64,000 nucleotides of DNA from an uncultured Planctomycetaceae bacterium. Lineage in GTDB: Bacteria > Planctomycetota > Planctomycetia > Pirellulales > PALSA-1355. The notes under the pieces are model-generated. The model was given only the letters and a program-made list of their open reading frames with translations, was not told the origin of the DNA and made no database searches. A program made the position numbers and the translations under genes. Location of the stretch: assembly GCA_964598535.1 (NCBI GenBank), contig CAZRCI010000003.1, forward strand, positions 155,741 through 219,740, read 5' to 3'. Shown one piece after another: positions 47,730 to 55,422 of the stretch (position 1 is its first letter; each line of letters opens with the position of its first letter).

Positions 47730-48335
47730 ATGGAACTTCGTGAAGCGCTCGTGCAGATCGCCGAGATTCGGCGGCAGATGGCGAAGAGCGATGTGTTTCG
47801 CGGCTACCGGTCGGCGCCGGTTGCCGTGTCCGGGGCGTTGGCCGTGGCCGGCGCGGTCGTACAGCCGTTTCTCGTGTCCGATCCGGCCGTCAACATCATG
47901 CCGTATTTGACGCTCTGGTTTGGCATGGCGTTGTTCAGCGTTGCGGCGGTGGCCGTGGAGATGGGCGTCCGCATGTATTGGACCGACGACTGGGCCTACC
48001 TCGAGCCTACCCGACTGGCGGTGGAGCAGTTCGTGCCTCCCATGATTGCCGGAATCCTGCTCACGGTCGTGCTGGTGCGCAACTCGCCCGACAGCGTTCC
48101 CCTGCTGCCGGGCCTGTGGCAAATTCTGTTCAGCTTGGGGATTTTTGCCTCGGCTCGCTTGTTACCTCGCCCCATTTTTGCCGTGGCGGGTTTCTACCTG
48201 TTTACCGGGACCCTCGTGCTGATCTTCGCGCGAGATAACCTGGCGCTCGAGCCCTGGTGCATGGGGATACCGTTCGCGGTTGGCCAATTTTCGGCGGCCT
48301 CGATACTCTATTGGACATTGGAACGACGCAAATGA
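47730..48335 (+). CDS. hypothetical polytopic membrane protein
   Basis: 201 aa with 5-6 hydrophobic helices. Stop overlaps the next start (ATGA). Confidence 0.6.
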   Translation: MELREALVQIAEIRRQMAKSDVFRGYRSAPVAVSGALAVAGAVVQPFLVSDPAVNIMPYLTLWFGMALFSVAAVAVEMGVRMYWTDDWAYLEPTRLAVEQFVPPMIAGILLTVVLVRNSPDSVPLLPGLWQILFSLGIFASARLLPRPIFAVAGFYLFTGTLVLIFARDNLALEPWCMGIPFAVGQFSAASILYWTLERRK

Positions 48336-48730
48336 CCGAATCACTCGACAGCACGCCAAAGCCCACCGCCCCGTTTGCCTACGAGGGACTTGAGCGAGTG
48401 ATTCACGAGAAGGCCCGTCTGGGAATTCTCTCCTCGCTGGTCGCGCACGGCGAGTGGCTGGCCTTCTCGGAACTCAAACGGCTCTGCGCCCTGACCGATG
48501 GCAACCTCAATCGCCACTTGCAGGTGCTCCAAGACGCGGGCCTGGTCGATGTCCGCAAGGAAGTCGCCAACAAACGGCCCCAGACGCTCTGCCGGCTAAC
48601 CGGGGAAGGACGCCGGCGGTTCGTCGAATACCTCGGTGTTCTAGAACGCATCGTGGGCGACGCCTTTCACGCCCGGCTCAGAGAGTCGATCGCAACGCGC
48701 GGACTTGGCCAGGGCCTGTCGCCCGCTTAG
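48332..48730 (+). CDS. winged-helix transcriptional regulator
   Basis: IHEKARLGILSSLVAHGEWLAFSELKRLCALTDGNLNRHLQVLQDAGLVDVRK. Translationally coupled to the upstream membrane protein. Confidence 0.75.
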   Translation: MTESLDSTPKPTAPFAYEGLERVIHEKARLGILSSLVAHGEWLAFSELKRLCALTDGNLNRHLQVLQDAGLVDVRKEVANKRPQTLCRLTGEGRRRFVEYLGVLERIVGDAFHARLRESIATRGLGQGLSPA

Positions 48731-48806
48731 CCTCGCTCGGCCTCCTCGGGTTACTTACACCGCGTGTTTTTAGCTTCACAAACTTTGCAATACAAAGCAC
48801 AAGCCC

Positions 48807-49973
48807 ATGCAACTTTACGACGCAATCGTAGTCGGCGCCGGACTGGCCGGCCTCCAGTGCACGCGCCTGCTCGCCGGGCATGGTCTCGAGGTGGCCCTCG
48901 TCGATCGCAAGCACTCGCTGGCCGAGGGCGTGCACACAACGGGCATCTTCGTGCGCCGTTCGCTCGAAGACTTCGCCTTGCCGGCCGCACACCTAGGCCC
49001 TCCCATCCGAAATGTCACGATTTACGCTCCCAGCCGACGCTCGTTCGACTTCAGCAGCACGCGCGATGAGTTTCGCATCGGGCGCATGGGCCCACTCTAC
49101 GAGCGGTTGCTTAAAGACTGCCGCGCCGCGGGAGCCCAGTGGCTGCCGGCAACCAGTTTCATCGGCGCAACACCAACGCCCTTCGGATCGATCGTTCGGC
49201 TACGCGACTCCACGGGCGAACACGCGTTGCAAACGCGGATGCTCATCGGCGCCGACGGCACAAACTCGCGTGTCGCTCGCGAACTAAAACTCAGCGAAAA
49301 CCACCGCTGGATCGTCGGATACGAAGAAGTTTATCACCGCGACTCGCCAAGCGGCGAACCGCGCTTGCACTGCTTTTTCGATCGCCGCTATGCGCCTGGC
49401 TATATTGCCTGGGTGGCCGACGATGGCCAAGGCCTGCACATCGGCGTCGGCGGATACGGACATAAGTTCCAACCGCCCGCCGCGCTCGACCGATTCCGCG
49501 AGAGTCTTGCCGGCCTGATCTCGCTCGACGGAGCCCGCCTCATAGAGCGACGCGGCGGACGAATCCCGGTAGGCAGCGTGCTCCCCAAACTCGCCAGCTC
49601 TCGAGGATTGCTCCTGGGCGATGCGGCCGGAGCGGTGTCGCCGCTGACCGCCGGAGGATTGGACCCTTGCTTGCGCCTTTCCGAGTTGGCCGCCAAAACC
49701 GTGCATGCCTTTTTGCAGAACGGGAGCGACACCGCCCAACTTAACGCTTACGACGGTCGCCAGTTTCGGAGAAGGTATCGTGCCCGCCGGGCATTGCGAT
49801 GGATCTACGATCTGGCTGGCACGAATGCCGTACTAGAGCTCGGTATTCGGGCGCTACAGTCGAGGTTCGGCCGGTCAGTCGCTCGAAAAATCTTCTTCGG
49901 CAACGGTTCTTTTCCGACGCTACCGGCACAGGCCGACGCTCTGCGGACGCGAGCCACGCGCCCTTCCTCCTGA
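48807..49973 (+). CDS. FAD-dependent oxidoreductase (geranylgeranyl reductase-like)
   Basis: Dinucleotide fold YDAIVVGAGLAGLQCTRLLA. GADG and GDAAG motifs. Confidence 0.8.
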   Translation: MQLYDAIVVGAGLAGLQCTRLLAGHGLEVALVDRKHSLAEGVHTTGIFVRRSLEDFALPAAHLGPPIRNVTIYAPSRRSFDFSSTRDEFRIGRMGPLYERLLKDCRAAGAQWLPATSFIGATPTPFGSIVRLRDSTGEHALQTRMLIGADGTNSRVARELKLSENHRWIVGYEEVYHRDSPSGEPRLHCFFDRRYAPGYIAWVADDGQGLHIGVGGYGHKFQPPAALDRFRESLAGLISLDGARLIERRGGRIPVGSVLPKLASSRGLLLGDAAGAVSPLTAGGLDPCLRLSELAAKTVHAFLQNGSDTAQLNAYDGRQFRRRYRARRALRWIYDLAGTNAVLELGIRALQSRFGRSVARKIFFGNGSFPTLPAQADALRTRATRPSS

Positions 49974-50026
49974 ATCTTCGGTCGCCCCCGTCGAACGATA
50001 ACCACCAATCAACCCAAGGCTGGGCG

Positions 50027-50073
50027 CAAAAAATTACCCCGGCGCGGGGCGGTGTCAAACCCGCGCGCCGGGG
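50027..50073 (-). terminator. strong GC hairpin plus U-tract on the minus strand (orphan intrinsic terminator candidate)
   Basis: ccccggcgcgggg / cccgcgcgccgggg (10 bp, 1-nt bulge, 3 bp). On the minus strand it is followed by UAAUUUUUUG. No annotated minus-strand gene feeds into it. Confidence 0.45.
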
Positions 50074-50504
50074 CGTCCCTGGTAGTCGCCGTGTATTTTG
50101 CGAGCAGTGCGGAGTTCACCTCCGCACTTCGCGAGGCTGAAAAAGTTCACGACGGACTTTTTCAGCAGCCTGCCAGATATTCGCCACTCGACCAGCGAGC
50201 TTGGAATTCATTGCGATTGCTTGTGGAACGAAACCGTACAGAAAGGCCGCCAACGAATGGGTTACCCGCCCTTTGGCCCGAAAGATTCACGGTCGGCAAA
50301 AAAATTTTCTGTGAAAAACATCCCCGCTCGGCAGCGAAGCTCGCTCACAACCAGCGTCCGCTCCGGAACTACGGTCCTTCGGAAAGAATAGCGGCTGCAT
50401 AAACGAGTCAACCTACAAAAAATAACAAAAGCCGCTCATCAAAAGCGGTTCCTCCCCAGAAGCAATCGATTGCGCTTCGCTGCCGAGTGGCTATAATTGC
50501 CGCT

Positions 50505-51914
50505 ATGCACAAGCCCGCGATTCACTTACCGCATCGCCGCGATCTGCTTCGCGCGGGCGGTCTGGGGCTATTCGGCCTCGGCCTGCCAGACTTAATGCGC
50601 AGTCGTGCGCTGGCAGATAGCTCGGGCACCGCGTCCCCTGCGGGCGGCGCCTTTGGCCGCGCCAAGGCCTGCATCCTTCTCTTCATGTGGGGAGGTCCCG
50701 CCCAACACGATACCTGGGATCTCAAACCGCTTGCGCCGGCCGAGATCCGTGGCGAATTCAACCCAATAGCCACCCAGGTGCCGGGGATTCACATCTGTGA
50801 ACACTTTCCGCAACTCGCTCAGCGCACCGACAAATTATGCATCGTGCGTTCCGTAACCCACGGCGACGTGAACCACACGACCGCGACCAGCTACCTGCTT
50901 ACCGGGCAACCACCCGCGCCCACCGACCTGCGTAGTGACTGGCCGCACATCGGCGCGGTCCTGGCGCGGCTTGGCCGGGGGCGCAATCCACTACCGCCGT
51001 TTGTCTCGATGCGGCCCAAGCTGGAAAACGACGTCCCCCGCTTCGTCGAAGAGAGCCACGGCCAGTCCGCCGGTTGGTTAGGTCAAGCGCTGGATCCACT
51101 TTCGATCGATGCCAACCCCGCCGCCGCCGACTATCGCGTCGGCGATTTCCACCTTCCAGCCGAGATTTCCCTCGAACGGTTGGACGATCGCCGCAAGCTG
51201 CTGGCCGACGTCAACCGCCAACTCGAAACACAGATCCGATCGGCCGCCCTGGGTGCCATGGACCACCACGTCGAACGGGCTTTCGACATCCTCAACTCCG
51301 CGACCGCGGGCGGAGCTTTCGACCTCTCGCAAGAACCGACCCCGATCCGCGAGCGTTACGGACTGAACCCGCACGGTCAGTCCGTGCTGCAAGCTCGCCG
51401 GCTCGTCGAGCGCGGCGTACCGCTGGTGACGGTGTTCTGGCCCAGCGACGGAATCAAGAACGTCAGCGTCTATTGGGACACGCACAGCCGGAACTTCATC
51501 GACCTGAAAGAACGGTTGATGCCCCCGGCGGACCAGGCGTTCTCGGCACTGCTCGATGACCTTGCCGAGCGAGGCATGCTCGACGAGACGCTCATCGTTT
51601 GGACGGGCGAGTTTGGCCGCACGCCGCGCGTGGGGCAACGCAACAGCGACGCCGGCGCCGGCCGCGATGGCCGCGACCATTGGCCCGGCTGCTTCACCAG
51701 CGTGCTCGCCGGCGGAGGCGTGCGCGGCGGCCACGTCCATGGCGCGTCCGACCGCCATGCGGCCTACCCTGCGGCCAATCCCGTCGCGCCGGTCGACTTG
51801 GTGGCCACGGCCTACCACCTGCTCGGCGTCGACCAGCACCTGACGCTGCCCGATGCCCAGGGCCGTCCGCTCACGATCTGCCCCGGGGCGCCCATTCGCG
51901 ATCTGTTGGTGTGA
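50505..51914 (+). CDS. DUF1501 domain protein (TAT signal)
   Basis: HRRDLLRAGGLGLFGLG. LFMWGGPAQHDTWDLKP and GRDHWPGCFTSVLAGGGVRGG. TATAAT lies 7 nt upstream of ATG 50505. Confidence 0.9.
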   Translation: MHKPAIHLPHRRDLLRAGGLGLFGLGLPDLMRSRALADSSGTASPAGGAFGRAKACILLFMWGGPAQHDTWDLKPLAPAEIRGEFNPIATQVPGIHICEHFPQLAQRTDKLCIVRSVTHGDVNHTTATSYLLTGQPPAPTDLRSDWPHIGAVLARLGRGRNPLPPFVSMRPKLENDVPRFVEESHGQSAGWLGQALDPLSIDANPAAADYRVGDFHLPAEISLERLDDRRKLLADVNRQLETQIRSAALGAMDHHVERAFDILNSATAGGAFDLSQEPTPIRERYGLNPHGQSVLQARRLVERGVPLVTVFWPSDGIKNVSVYWDTHSRNFIDLKERLMPPADQAFSALLDDLAERGMLDETLIVWTGEFGRTPRVGQRNSDAGAGRDGRDHWPGCFTSVLAGGGVRGGHVHGASDRHAAYPAANPVAPVDLVATAYHLLGVDQHLTLPDAQGRPLTICPGAPIRDLLV

Positions 51915-51957
51915 TGGGCTTTCCATGGAAGCGAGTCGCGCTTTCCTGCCCGCAATC

Positions 51958-52019
51958 ACTCCCCACAGGGGGGTTCTGGGGTGGGAGAGCCAAAGAGGAA
52001 GAAATCGTCCTGTTCCGTC
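51958..52019 (+). repeat. hairpin-containing repeat, copy L1
   Basis: CTCCCC-ACA-GGGGGG hairpin, then gggagagcc...gaaatcgt...ttccgtc. By-eye alignment to 53832-53879. Confidence 0.45.
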
Positions 52020-52035
52020 ATTAAATTCTGGGGCC

Positions 52036-52153
52036 CCTTGCCGCGATCAATCACGACCTCTCCACGATCGAACAGAGCGTAATTCTCACTTGCCTTGCTG
52101 ACTCCCCCTTGTGGGGAGGTCCGGGGAGGAGGATGATAACCCTGCAAGGCAAG
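52036..52153 (-). repeat. hairpin-containing repeat, copy L2 (inverted relative to R), nested in a 10-bp outer stem
   Basis: CTCCCC-cttgt-GGGGAG (52102-52118). Outer stem cttgccttgc (52089-52098) / gcaaggcaag (52144-52153). The reverse complement aligns by eye to 53832-53952 in blocks cctccccRcaaggggg, agtgaga, atcgtggaRaggtcgYgat. Confidence 0.5.
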
Positions 52154-52180
52154 CGATCACAAACAAATACTCAGCTTCGT

Positions 52181-52351
52181 GGTCGCAGAGTACCCTAAGC
52201 CGGTTGAGATCGGACGCTGATGCGTTCGACTTTGCCTCTCTGGGGATACCCCGGGGGATCGTGAAAGGTTCGGATTTCGTCGCGTGAGCGCCGATGCGCT
52301 GCGTGCATAACTGCTCACGCCAGACCAGACTCGTTAGGGTACTCTGCGGCC
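52181..52351 (+). ncRNA. retron non-coding RNA (msr-msd) candidate
   Basis: a1 52181-52198 pairs with a2 52334-52351 (18 bp, one G-U). AGC follows a1 directly (candidate branching G at 52199). msr-side hairpins at 52200-52213, 52212-52227 and 52238-52256. msd-side 8-bp stem gcgtgagc/gctcacgc at 52282-52320. a2 ends 10 nt before the RT ATG. Confidence 0.7.
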
Positions 52352-52361
52352 CAACTTTTCC

Positions 52362-53684
52362 ATGCACTCGAATGCCGTCATCGCCCGGGCGCTCGCCGCG
52401 GTCTTTCTGGCCGACACGCTCGACGTGAACGGACTCGTCGAGCGAGGCGCCCACCTGCTGGGCAAGCGGTGGCGGTGGCTTCACCCGCTGGTCCGTCGCG
52501 TTTGTGAATCGTTCGGCAATCGGACACGTCCTCGACAACGTGAACTGGCCGGGTTCATCCTTGGCGACCACGGCTTCCGGGAAGCTGCGGGCAAGTACCG
52601 CCTCAGACTCGTCGATCGCTTGAGCGCGCCGCCCGCGATGACTCCGGTCGCGGCGGCTCGCGCGTGGGAAGTTCCGGCGATCCGCACGCCCGGTGAGCTC
52701 TGCGACTGGCTACAAATCAGCGCCGGCGAATTGGATTGGTTCGCCGACCTGAGAGCCTTCGAATACAAGCGAAATCAAGGCCGGCTCAGACATTACCATT
52801 ACCGCACGTTGGCAAAGCGATCCGGACAAGCGCGGCTGCTCGAAGCCCCCAAGCCGCGGCTCAAGGCGATCCAGCGCCGTATCTTGACAGGCATCATCGA
52901 CCACATTCCCGCGCATACCGCGGCGCATGGCTTTATGCGAGGTCGTTCGATCAAAACGTTCGCTGTGCCGCATATCGGCAAACAAGTCGTTCTGCGTCTC
53001 GACCTGCAAAACTTCTTCCCGTCGATTTCGGCGGCTCGAATCAGGGCCTTGTTTCGTACGGCCGGCTACCCCGAACGCGTCGCCGATCTGCTCGCCGGCC
53101 TGTGCACGAACGCGGCGCCCGAGGACGTCTGGAACGAGCTGACCGTGTCGATGCCAAGCTCGCAATTGCGCGGAGCGCGCGAGCTGCACGCCAGACCGCA
53201 TTTGCCGCAAGGAGCACCGACGTCGCCCGCGCTGGCGAACCTGTGCGCCTATCGCCTGGATTGCCGGCTGGCCGCAATGGCAACCTCGGCCGGCGCAGTC
53301 TATACGCGATACGCGGACGATCTGGCGTTCTCGGGCGACCAGCAGTTCGAGCGCATCGCCAAACGTTTTCAGCTCCACGTGTCTGCCGTTGCAATCAAGG
53401 AAGGATTTTCGGTGCATCACCGCAAGACGCGCGTCATGCGCCGTGGCGTTCGCCAGCATCTGGCAGGTGTCGTCGTGAACGATCACCCAAACGTGACTCG
53501 CGCGGACTTCGATCGCCTCAAGGCCACGCTGACGAACTGCATTCGCCACGGCGCAGCGAGTCAGAACCGAGCGGGCCACGACGACTTCCGCGCCCATCTT
53601 CTCGGGCGAGTTTCATTCGTCGCGATGATCAATCCTGCTCGCGGCCAGCGCTTGCAAGCACTGTTCGAGCGGATTGAGTGGTAG
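52362..53684 (+). CDS. retron-type reverse transcriptase with N-terminal extension of about 105 aa
   Basis: RT motifs LEAPKPRLKAIQRRIL, AAHGFMRGRSI, LRLDLQNFFPSI, LPQGAPTSPALANL, YTRYADDLAFS, RQHLAGVVVN (position of the retron VTG motif). GC3-rich throughout, including the N-terminal extension. Confidence 0.9.
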   Translation: MHSNAVIARALAAVFLADTLDVNGLVERGAHLLGKRWRWLHPLVRRVCESFGNRTRPRQRELAGFILGDHGFREAAGKYRLRLVDRLSAPPAMTPVAAARAWEVPAIRTPGELCDWLQISAGELDWFADLRAFEYKRNQGRLRHYHYRTLAKRSGQARLLEAPKPRLKAIQRRILTGIIDHIPAHTAAHGFMRGRSIKTFAVPHIGKQVVLRLDLQNFFPSISAARIRALFRTAGYPERVADLLAGLCTNAAPEDVWNELTVSMPSSQLRGARELHARPHLPQGAPTSPALANLCAYRLDCRLAAMATSAGAVYTRYADDLAFSGDQQFERIAKRFQLHVSAVAIKEGFSVHHRKTRVMRRGVRQHLAGVVVNDHPNVTRADFDRLKATLTNCIRHGAASQNRAGHDDFRAHLLGRVSFVAMINPARGQRLQALFERIEW

Positions 53685-53831
53685 CCAACTCGAGATAACT
53701 GAAAGGATTCGCTCAGCAGGCGAAATCCGAGATGTCCGATATCTCCGGATGCAATTCCGTGAGATCCTCACGCAGGTAGCTCGGCGGCACGATCGCCAGG
53801 ACGTGGTAAACGCGACGCTGCGGTCCTGCAT

Positions 53832-53952
53832 CCCCCTCCCCGCAAGGGGGCGGGAGCCGAGTGAGAGAATCGTTCCGCCAACCAGGGCTCAAGACGTATT
53901 GAGAATCGCAGTCCGTCCAATCGTGGAAAGGTCGCGATCGTCGCAGCAACGG
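53832..53952 (+). repeat. hairpin-containing repeat, copy R
   Basis: tCCCC-gcaa-GGGGg hairpin (53837-53850), then gggagccgagtgagagaatcgttccgcc and aatcgtggaaaggtcgcgatcgtcgcagcaacgg. Related by eye to L1 (direct) and L2 (inverted). Confidence 0.5.
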
Positions 53953-53974
53953 ACCTTCGCGCGCCGTTGCTGCT
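53944..53974. terminator. perfect 10-bp stem hairpin between the convergent RT and glgC genes
   Basis: gcagcaacgg-11 nt-ccgttgctgc. On the plus strand it is followed by a partly T-rich stretch (ttggcgactttgcgttttctct). Confidence 0.35.
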
Positions 53975-54040
53975 TGGCGACTTTGCGTTTTCTCTGCCCT
54001 GCTCAACAGATCCGCGTCTCCGCTCCTCTACGACGAACGC

Positions 54041-55339
54041 TCAAATCGCCCAGCCGTCGGGCACGATCGCGCCGCGCTGGACACAAACGATGCCATCGCG
54101 AATCACGGCCTGCTCGGTCTCGTCCTGCGTGTTCTCGGTCGAATCCAGCTCGCGCTCGTTGACAATCCTAACGCCGCGGCCGATACGGCAATTCTTGTCG
54201 ATGATTGCTCGGCGAATGGTCGTCCCCGCGCCGATGCCCTGGCGCGGCGTCCCCGCCGTTTCAGCCTGGTTCGCGTCGGCGGCGGTTTCATATTCATCGT
54301 TGCCCATCAACACCGAATCGCGAATCGTGACGTTCTTTCCGATCCGGCAGCGCAAACCGATGACGCTATTCTCAATGATCGTGCCTTCTTCGATCTCGCA
54401 ACCGTCGGCGATCAAGCTGTTGCGAATCGTCACGCCGTCGAGCCGCGACGGCGCCAAGAACCGTGCGCGGGTATAAATCGGCGCCACGGCCGACGCCAGA
54501 TCGAATGGACGCTCGATCGTGGCGAGTTGCAGGTTCGCCTCGTAAAAGGAACGGATCGTGCCGATGTCTTCCCAGTAACCGTCGAACAGATCGACCTGCA
54601 CGCGATGCGAGCGCGTGGCCGCGGGAAAAATCTCTCGGCCAAAGTCGTGATAGTCCGTCATCGTGAGCAGCTTCACCAGCGTTTGCCGGTTGAAAAGATA
54701 AATGCCCATGCTCGCCAGGCAATCGCGCCCGCGACTGGCGATTCCCCGCGCGTCGATCCAGGCCGGCTCCATCCGCACCATATCGATCTCTTTGTCCGTT
54801 TGCGGCTTTTCGAGAAAGCCCGCCACGCGCCCGCTGTCGTCGACGCGCATGAGCCCCATCGACCGGGCCGTCTGCCTATCGACGGGAATCCCCGCGATAG
54901 TGACATCCGCGGCGCTCTCCTTGTGGGCCGCCAACATCCGCCGAAAATCCATCCGGTAAAGCTGATCGCCCGAGAGCACCAGCACATAGTCATACTCCGG
55001 CTGATCGATGTACCGCAGATTTTGCCGTACCGCGTCGGCGGTGCCTTGATACCAGCTTTCGGCGCCGAGCGTCTGCTGTGCGGCCAGGATCTCGACAAAT
55101 CCCGCGCTGAAGGCGTCGAACGCATAGGTGCGGCGAATGTGCCGGTGCAAGCTCACCGAATTGAACTGCGTCAGCACGTACATGCGGTTCAAACCGCTAT
55201 TGATGCAATTCGACAGGGGAATGTCGATCAGGCGATATTTGCCCGCAAGCGGCACGGCCGGCTTCGAGCGATAGTGCGTAAGCGGGTAAAGTCGTGTGCC
55301 CCGTCCGCCACCGAGAACCAACGTCAATACGTTCCGCAT
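54041..55339 (-). CDS. glgC: glucose-1-phosphate adenylyltransferase
   Basis: LVLGGGRGTRLYPLTHYRSKPAVPLAGKYRLIDIPLSNCINSG and C-terminal left-handed beta-helix repeats. Confidence 0.95.
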   Translation of the reverse strand: MRNVLTLVLGGGRGTRLYPLTHYRSKPAVPLAGKYRLIDIPLSNCINSGLNRMYVLTQFNSVSLHRHIRRTYAFDAFSAGFVEILAAQQTLGAESWYQGTADAVRQNLRYIDQPEYDYVLVLSGDQLYRMDFRRMLAAHKESAADVTIAGIPVDRQTARSMGLMRVDDSGRVAGFLEKPQTDKEIDMVRMEPAWIDARGIASRGRDCLASMGIYLFNRQTLVKLLTMTDYHDFGREIFPAATRSHRVQVDLFDGYWEDIGTIRSFYEANLQLATIERPFDLASAVAPIYTRARFLAPSRLDGVTIRNSLIADGCEIEEGTIIENSVIGLRCRIGKNVTIRDSVLMGNDEYETAADANQAETAGTPRQGIGAGTTIRRAIIDKNCRIGRGVRIVNERELDSTENTQDETEQAVIRDGIVCVQRGAIVPDGWAI

Positions 55340-55422
55340 TGAGAATCCCTGTCGCTAGAAACCTTCGACAACCAATGCCGGCCGGCCACCGCCGCCCGAG
55401 AATGCCTGGGCCACTCGAAAAC

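Noticed and set aside
50052-50402. 116-aa and 97-aa plus-strand ORFs in the 49974-50504 spacer
   Set aside because: GC3 is mixed or low compared with neighbouring genes. There is no RBS or motif, and the ORFs are threaded through several perfect hairpins. More likely non-coding.
50405-50449. Second terminator-like element on the minus strand (ccgct-7 nt-agcgg followed by UUUUGUUAUUUUUUG)
   Set aside because: The stem is only 5 bp, and no minus-strand transcription unit could feed into it, because it abuts the plus-strand DUF1501 start. It is kept only as part of the structured-region finding.
52710-53597. 295-aa minus-strand ORF inside the RT gene
   Set aside because: Antisense shadow ORF. 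The plus frame contains the full ordered set of RT motifs.
52362-53684. Alternative readings of the RT: a diversity-generating retroelement or a group II intron
   Set aside because: No template/variable repeat pair or DGR-type SQ motif was seen nearby. No intron domain V/VI-like RNA or En/maturase extension was seen either. The a1/a2-flanked structured RNA immediately 5' of the RT and the RYADD/AHGF motifs fit a retron better.
53713-54006. 97-aa minus-strand ORF downstream of the RT. Its last 30 or so codons (VYHVLAIVPPSYLREDLTELHPEISDISDFAC) are GC3-rich and faintly recall an HUH/REP-associated transposase strand
   Set aside because: It is too short and lacks the second His of an HUH motif. 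Its upstream part runs through the R repeat and the terminator-like hairpin. I cannot support it as a gene or as a retron effector without homology searches. It is worth a BLASTX/TBLASTN check only.
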